Positions 59,344 to 64,000 of a stretch of DNA of 64,000 nucleotides are shown piece by piece. Both the position numbers and the translations under genes were made by a program. The notes beneath the pieces are model-generated. The model had not been told where the DNA came from. It did not search any database and worked only from the letters and a program-made list of their open reading frames with translations. Origin of the DNA: Campylobacteraceae bacterium (GTDB lineage: Bacteria; Campylobacterota; Campylobacteria; Campylobacterales; BB28); NCBI GenBank assembly GCA_016744535.1, contig JADGEE010000003.1, positions 4,328-68,327 on the forward strand. Direction: 5' to 3'. Within the stretch, counting starts at the first letter, position 1. Each line of letters begins with the position of its first letter.

Positions 59344-60132
59344 ATGATTAGAGCATTATATTCAGCATCAACGGGTATGAAAGCCCAACAATTAAATATA
59401 GATACAATTTCAAATAATATCTCAAATGTAAATACAATTGGCTATAAAAAACAAAGAGCAGAGTTTGCCACTCTTATGAGTCAAGTTATGGAATATGCTG
59501 GAACTCCTACAAGTGCTACAACAATTTCACCAACAGGAATTGAAGTTGGGCTTGGAGTTCGAACAACAGCAGTTAAAAAAGTATTTACAGAAGGAGCTTT
59601 AAAAGAGACTAGCAACTCTCTTGATATAGCAATTACAGGTAAAGGCTTTTTTCAAATAGAGTTACCAGATGGTACTATATCTTATAGTAGAGATGGAGCT
59701 TTTAAACTTGATAATAATGGAGATGTTGTAAATTCAGATGGCTATAGACTAATTCCTCAAATTACAGTTCCTGAAGATACAACTGAAATTGCGATTTCTC
59801 CAGATGGAACAGTTTCAGTAATCCAACAAGGACAAGCAGTTGCTAATCAAATTGGAAATATAGAGACTACAAACTTTGTAAATCCAGCAGGACTTCACTC
59901 ACTTGGAAATAACTTATATGTTGAAACTCAAGCTAGTGGAAATCCTATCATTGGTCAACCTGGGCTTGATGGATTAGGTGAACTTAGACAAAATTTTATT
60001 GAGATGAGTAATGTCCAACTTGTTGAAGAGATGACGGATTTAATTATGGGACAGCGTGCTTATGAGGCTGGTTCTAAAGCAATCAAAACAAGTGATGAGA
60101 TGCTTCAAACTGTAAATCAACTTAAGAGATAG
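59344..60132 (+). CDS. flgG: flagellar distal rod protein FlgG
   Basis: It has MIRALYSASTGMKAQQLNIDTISNNISNVNTIGYKK at the N-terminus and a C-terminal FIEMSNVQLVEEMTDLIMGQRAYEA. Confidence 0.9.
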   Translation: MIRALYSASTGMKAQQLNIDTISNNISNVNTIGYKKQRAEFATLMSQVMEYAGTPTSATTISPTGIEVGLGVRTTAVKKVFTEGALKETSNSLDIAITGKGFFQIELPDGTISYSRDGAFKLDNNGDVVNSDGYRLIPQITVPEDTTEIAISPDGTVSVIQQGQAVANQIGNIETTNFVNPAGLHSLGNNLYVETQASGNPIIGQPGLDGLGELRQNFIEMSNVQLVEEMTDLIMGQRAYEAGSKAIKTSDEMLQTVNQLKR

Positions 60133-60142
60133 GTAGATTAAA

Positions 60143-60490
60143 TTAATATTTTTTTAATACTTTTCTCTCTATAAAATTTCTACATCTCGTAGGTTCAGTC
60201 ATAACTATTTTCCAATTACACTCAATATCTATAACACCTTTTTTATAACTTATTTTATTTGCAAATTCAAAAAACTCAATTCCAACTTTTGGAGATATAA
60301 ATTCACCTTCTCCATAATAAAACATATATCCTAATATATAATTTGCTTTTGAATCTAATTTTCTAGCTTCATTTAAAAGAATTTTTTTTGCACCTTCGTA
60401 CTCTTTTTCTTTAAATAAATCTATCGCTCTATCTACTTCATCTCCAAATAAATTTAAAGAGAAAAATATTAATAAAATTAATTTTTTCAA
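60143..60490 (-). CDS. small secreted protein, possibly Sel1/TPR-like
   Basis: It has a signal peptide, and KEYEGAKKILLNEARKLDSKANYILGYMFYYGEG resembles one Sel1 repeat. Confidence 0.45.
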   Translation of the reverse strand: MKKLILLIFFSLNLFGDEVDRAIDLFKEKEYEGAKKILLNEARKLDSKANYILGYMFYYGEGEFISPKVGIEFFEFANKISYKKGVIDIECNWKIVMTEPTRCRNFIERKVLKKY

Positions 60491-61008
60491 AATTCACTCT
60501 TGAATTTTTCAATTTTAGGTTTAATCACCATTTGACAATAACCCTCATTTGGATTTAAATTAAAATAGTTCTGATGATACTCTTCAGCTTTAAAAAACTC
60601 TTTAAGTGGAGATATTTCAGTAATAATTTTATCACTATAAATTTTTTTTGATTCTAAATTATTTTTACTTTTTAGTGCAATATCTTTCTGTTTTTCATTG
60701 TGATAAAAAATTACTGAACGGTATTGAGTACCAACATCAGCACCTTGTCTATTTAAAGTAGTTGGATCGTGGATACTCCAAAATATATCAAGAATTCTAC
60801 TAAAAGAGATAATTTCAGAATTAAAGTTAATTTGAATTACTTCAGCGTGTTCACTTAATCCTGTGCAAATTTCTCTATATGTTGGATTTGGAGTTTTTCC
60901 ACCAGAGTAACCTGAATATACACTCTCTACTCCCTTAACTTCTCTAAAAATTGTCTCTATGCACCAAAAGCACCCACCACCAATTGTTGCAATTTCAGAT
61001 TTACTCAC
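60487..61008 (-). CDS. msrA: peptide-methionine (S)-S-oxide reductase
   Basis: Motifs are GGGCFWCIE, GYSGGKTPNPTYREICTG and HAEVIQI. Confidence 0.9.
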   Translation of the reverse strand: MSKSEIATIGGGCFWCIETIFREVKGVESVYSGYSGGKTPNPTYREICTGLSEHAEVIQINFNSEIISFSRILDIFWSIHDPTTLNRQGADVGTQYRSVIFYHNEKQKDIALKSKNNLESKKIYSDKIITEISPLKEFFKAEEYHQNYFNLNPNEGYCQMVIKPKIEKFKSEF

Positions 61009-61196
61009 TGCTGTCTCGCTTTTTTCATAAACTCACTAACTGCTCCCATATTTTGATTACTAAACCCTTTTTTGCTCTTACCTTTTTGATTTAAAATAAT
61101 CAAACTTAAAACTAATATTATTAATATTGATACAATAGCTCCAGATAAAACTCCAAATAGACTCATTTTTAAACCATTATCTTCTTCAGTTCTCAT
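61005..61196 (-). CDS. small single-TM membrane protein
   Basis: 63 aa with one hydrophobic helix (LFGVLSGAIVSILIILVLSLIIL). Its stop overlaps the msrA start by 4 nt. Confidence 0.4.
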   Translation of the reverse strand: MRTEEDNGLKMSLFGVLSGAIVSILIILVLSLIILNQKGKSKKGFSNQNMGAVSEFMKKARQQ

Positions 61197-61204
61197 AATT
61201 TTCC

Positions 61205-63097
61205 TTAAAACTCTTTATGAGTAAGTGCCTTTCTATTAGAAATATTACTAGGTGTAGTATTTTCCAAATCAAGCCCCACAATTTTACCAACTTCGATAAC
61301 ACTATCCATCATAGAAATTGCTTGTGCATTTAACTGCTCTGCAGCTGCAGCGGCCTCTTCACTTACTGCTGCATTTTGTTGAGTGACCTCATCAATTTGA
61401 CCCATTGATGAGGCAATTTGGTTCATTCCTTCAGATTGTTCGTTTGCTGAAATTGAAATTTCACCAATTAAATGAGATGTTTTTTTAATTTTATTAACTA
61501 TCTCTTTAAAAACCTCATTTGTCTGGGTTGCCATCTCATTTCCAGATTTTACTTGTTCAATTGAATCTTCAATAATATTCGCTGTCTCTTTTGCTGCATT
61601 TGCTGAACGACTTGCTAAGCTTTTAACCTCTTCTGCAACTACTGCAAATCCTAATCCGTGTTCACCTGCCCTAGCAGCTTCAACAGCTGCATTTAATGCA
61701 AGTAAATTTGTTTGAAATGCAATTTCATCAATTGTTTTAATAATTTTTGCAATTTTATCTGAAGATTCACTAATTCCACTCATCTTTTTCATTAATGCTT
61801 CTATTTTTTCATTTCCTCTACTTGCAGATTCACTTGCATCTTTTGATAAAGTATCTGCTTCTTTTGAATTTTGTGCATTTTGATTATTAATTGCTGTTGA
61901 TTGCTCAACTGTGGCACTAACCTCCTCAACACTACTAGCTTGTTCAGTTGCACCCTCTGCTAATGAAGTTGCTGAAGATGAAATTTCAGTTGAAGCTGAA
62001 ACAATTTGAGTATTTCCATCTGATATAACTTGAACTGCATTGATAATTGGTTTTGATATAAAATTTGCAAATAAAAATGCAACTGAAATAATTATTATTA
62101 AAAATACTATACCCATAATAATTGCTGTATTTCTAAGTTTGTAGAGTGGTTCTAACATCTCATCTACATCAATTTCTAAAATTAAAGCCCATTGTTCTCC
62201 AAAAAAATCTATTGTTGTATAACTCACATAACCGTAATTTCCAAGATATGTATAAGCTTTTTTAGTTGCAATTTCACCAGAAAATATACTTCTTGCTAAA
62301 TTAGTTTTAATAGCATTTTCTGGATGTTCAAAAGAGTTTTGTATCGTATGAGTACTACTTCTTCTACTGTCTGAACGCATTAAACCATCTTCACCAAAAA
62401 TAATTATTTCACCAGTTTCTCCCAGTCCTTGTTTTGTTGTTGCAATAGAGTTAATTTTACTAGAATCTAACATTATAACAACTACACCTTTTATCTGATT
62501 TTTATCTTTGATTGGAGAACCATAAAACATTACTGGTGCTCCTAATGGTTCATACATTTTCATATCTACAAAAACACTACTTCCTGTTTGAATAACTTTT
62601 CTCCAAACTTCACCCAAAGCACTATTTCGTAAATCTCCTGTACTAACATTTTCCCCTAAATCAGAATATTTTTCAAAAGAGTACATGATATGTCCATGTG
62701 GTTTACATAACATATAAATATTTTTCACCCCATCTGTATTATCTATTACATCTTTGTAATATTTGTTATATTCTAAATAAGTGTTTTTAACATTTTCTTT
62801 ATCTGTAATATTATATTTACCATCCTCTTTTACACCATAATATTTATGATGCTCCACAAGTTCATCTATCATATCTAGTAATATTTTTCTCTTTGTAAAT
62901 GCTTTTAAATTATTATCTATTGAGATAGAATAATTTTGTAAAGTCTCTTTTTTTAAATCTCTAATTGTCTCTATTTTATCTTTAATTTCACTCTCTAATG
63001 AGTTACTTGAGGAGATGTAAGAAGTAATCCCCATTACTGCAAATGGAATTAAACCCACTAAAAATAGGATTATTATCAACTGTTTTTTTAAAGTCAT
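61205..63097 (-). CDS. methyl-accepting chemotaxis protein with Cache-type periplasmic sensor
   Basis: It has a conserved signalling hairpin ([37 protein letters not shown]) and two TM segments around a ~300-aa sensor. The ATG at 63097 follows AAGGAGG. Confidence 0.9.
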   Translation of the reverse strand: MTLKKQLIIILFLVGLIPFAVMGITSYISSSNSLESEIKDKIETIRDLKKETLQNYSISIDNNLKAFTKRKILLDMIDELVEHHKYYGVKEDGKYNITDKENVKNTYLEYNKYYKDVIDNTDGVKNIYMLCKPHGHIMYSFEKYSDLGENVSTGDLRNSALGEVWRKVIQTGSSVFVDMKMYEPLGAPVMFYGSPIKDKNQIKGVVVIMLDSSKINSIATTKQGLGETGEIIIFGEDGLMRSDSRRSSTHTIQNSFEHPENAIKTNLARSIFSGEIATKKAYTYLGNYGYVSYTTIDFFGEQWALILEIDVDEMLEPLYKLRNTAIIMGIVFLIIIISVAFLFANFISKPIINAVQVISDGNTQIVSASTEISSSATSLAEGATEQASSVEEVSATVEQSTAINNQNAQNSKEADTLSKDASESASRGNEKIEALMKKMSGISESSDKIAKIIKTIDEIAFQTNLLALNAAVEAARAGEHGLGFAVVAEEVKSLASRSANAAKETANIIEDSIEQVKSGNEMATQTNEVFKEIVNKIKKTSHLIGEISISANEQSEGMNQIASSMGQIDEVTQQNAAVSEEAAAAAEQLNAQAISMMDSVIEVGKIVGLDLENTTPSNISNRKALTHKEF

Positions 63098-63160
63098 TTT
63101 AATGTAACCTCCTTTTATATTATTTTTCAAATATATTATACTAAAAATTATAAAAAAATA

Positions 63161-63988
63161 TTATAATATTTTATGAAGTTTTCCAGCCTCTTCCATAGAT
63201 TTATGAACTTTATCCCACTCCTCTTCTTGAATAACATTTTTTATTTTTGAAAGTTCTTTCTCAAAAAGTTCAATTGATTGAAGTAAAAATTCTTTATTTT
63301 GTTTAAAAATATCTGTCCACATATCAGGATTACTCTTTGCAATCCTACTCATATCTCTAAATCCACCAGCAGCTAATGCTAAAATACTCTTGGAGTCTTC
63401 TTGTGAAAGAACCGTATTTGCTAAAGCATAGCTTATAGCGTGAGGTAAATGGCTAATAAAAGCTGCGTGAATGTCGTGAGAGTGTGAATCCATTTTGATT
63501 ATTTTCATTCCAATTTTTTCAAATAAATCAATTGATAAATTTTTCTGTCTATCTCCGACACTCTCTAAGTCACATAAAACTACAATTTTATCTATATATA
63601 GTCCCTCAACTGAAGCACTTGGACCAAATTTTTCAGTTCCTGTCATAGGGTGTGCTGGAATTAAATTTTTTTTAATCTCTTTTGGACAACTATTTACAAT
63701 TTTTTCTTTAGTACTTCCTAAATCTATTATTGTCATATCATTTTTTATATCTTTTAAATTTTCTAAAATTTTTATAATTCCATCAACAGGAACTGCTAAG
63801 AATAGAACATCAACTTTTTTTAATTCCTTAAAATCTACTATCTCATCTACTAAATTTAACTCTATTGCCTCTTTTTGATGTCCTATATTATGGTCGTGTC
63901 CTAGAATTTTATCAAAATATTTAATCTCTTTTAATGCAAGTCCAAGCGAACCACCCATTAAGCCTAAACCTATAATTCCAGCTACCAT
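63161..63988 (-). CDS. tyrA: prephenate dehydrogenase
   Basis: It has an N-terminal GxGxxG motif (IIGLGLMGGS) and AHPMTGTE and HDIHAAFISHLPH motifs. Confidence 0.85.
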   Translation of the reverse strand: MVAGIIGLGLMGGSLGLALKEIKYFDKILGHDHNIGHQKEAIELNLVDEIVDFKELKKVDVLFLAVPVDGIIKILENLKDIKNDMTIIDLGSTKEKIVNSCPKEIKKNLIPAHPMTGTEKFGPSASVEGLYIDKIVVLCDLESVGDRQKNLSIDLFEKIGMKIIKMDSHSHDIHAAFISHLPHAISYALANTVLSQEDSKSILALAAGGFRDMSRIAKSNPDMWTDIFKQNKEFLLQSIELFEKELSKIKNVIQEEEWDKVHKSMEEAGKLHKIL

Positions 63989-64000
63989 TAAAAACCTTTT

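Noticed and set aside
1-64000. A window-wide look for CRISPR arrays, rRNA, IS elements, prophage genes and long poly-G/C phase-variation tracts.
   Set aside because: I found none of these. The longest G/C runs seen are about 5 nt. The only regular repeats are protein-coding (the ESESES/TP linkers, RCC1 blades and Trp repeats).

Overview
This is a very AT-rich bacterial window that is densely coding on both strands. The gene content and promoter types look like Campylobacterota, possibly Arcobacter-like. That assignment rests on the porCDAB-type pyruvate:ferredoxin oxidoreductase, Campylobacter-type ~495-aa flagellins, and sigma54/sigma28 flagellar promoters. All calls come from reading motifs in the supplied translations and the DNA; no searches were run.

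Core genes:
- por operon
- ppk1, phnA, hup, tRNA-Leu(CAA)
- degenerate M16-like protein, moxR/DUF58, prmC, topA
- queC/queH, msrA, tyrA, rsmD

Motility and chemotaxis genes:
- flgL
- three tandem flagellins
- flgF/flgG
- a Cache-type MCP

Signalling genes:
- a PAS-PP2C-RsbW-like kinase fusion
- a translationally coupled YfiR / TonB-dependent receptor / HAMP-PP2C trio
- a REC-histidine kinase hybrid
- a STAS-CheX fusion
- a CHASE2 class III cyclase

Most interesting observations:
1. A compact DUF262 + HEPN (Rx4H) gene pair sits between topA and yfcE. It is a candidate uncharacterised defence module.
2. Two giant surface-protein genes (1619 and 2330 aa) share a 2,487-bp tail with only one mismatch found, 7,025 bp apart.
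3. A Trp-rich ~50-aa C-terminal repeat module is shared by four surface-protein ORFs at two loci. One of these is a Pmp-like beta-helix gene.
4. That beta-helix gene is broken by an in-frame TAA and by a frame break lying exactly on a perfect 62-bp palindrome.
5. The three flagellin paralogues have different promoter classes. Their leaders carry GGA-loop hairpins, and a T11 tract sits in the sigma28 spacer.

No CRISPR array, IS element, integrase or rRNA was seen.
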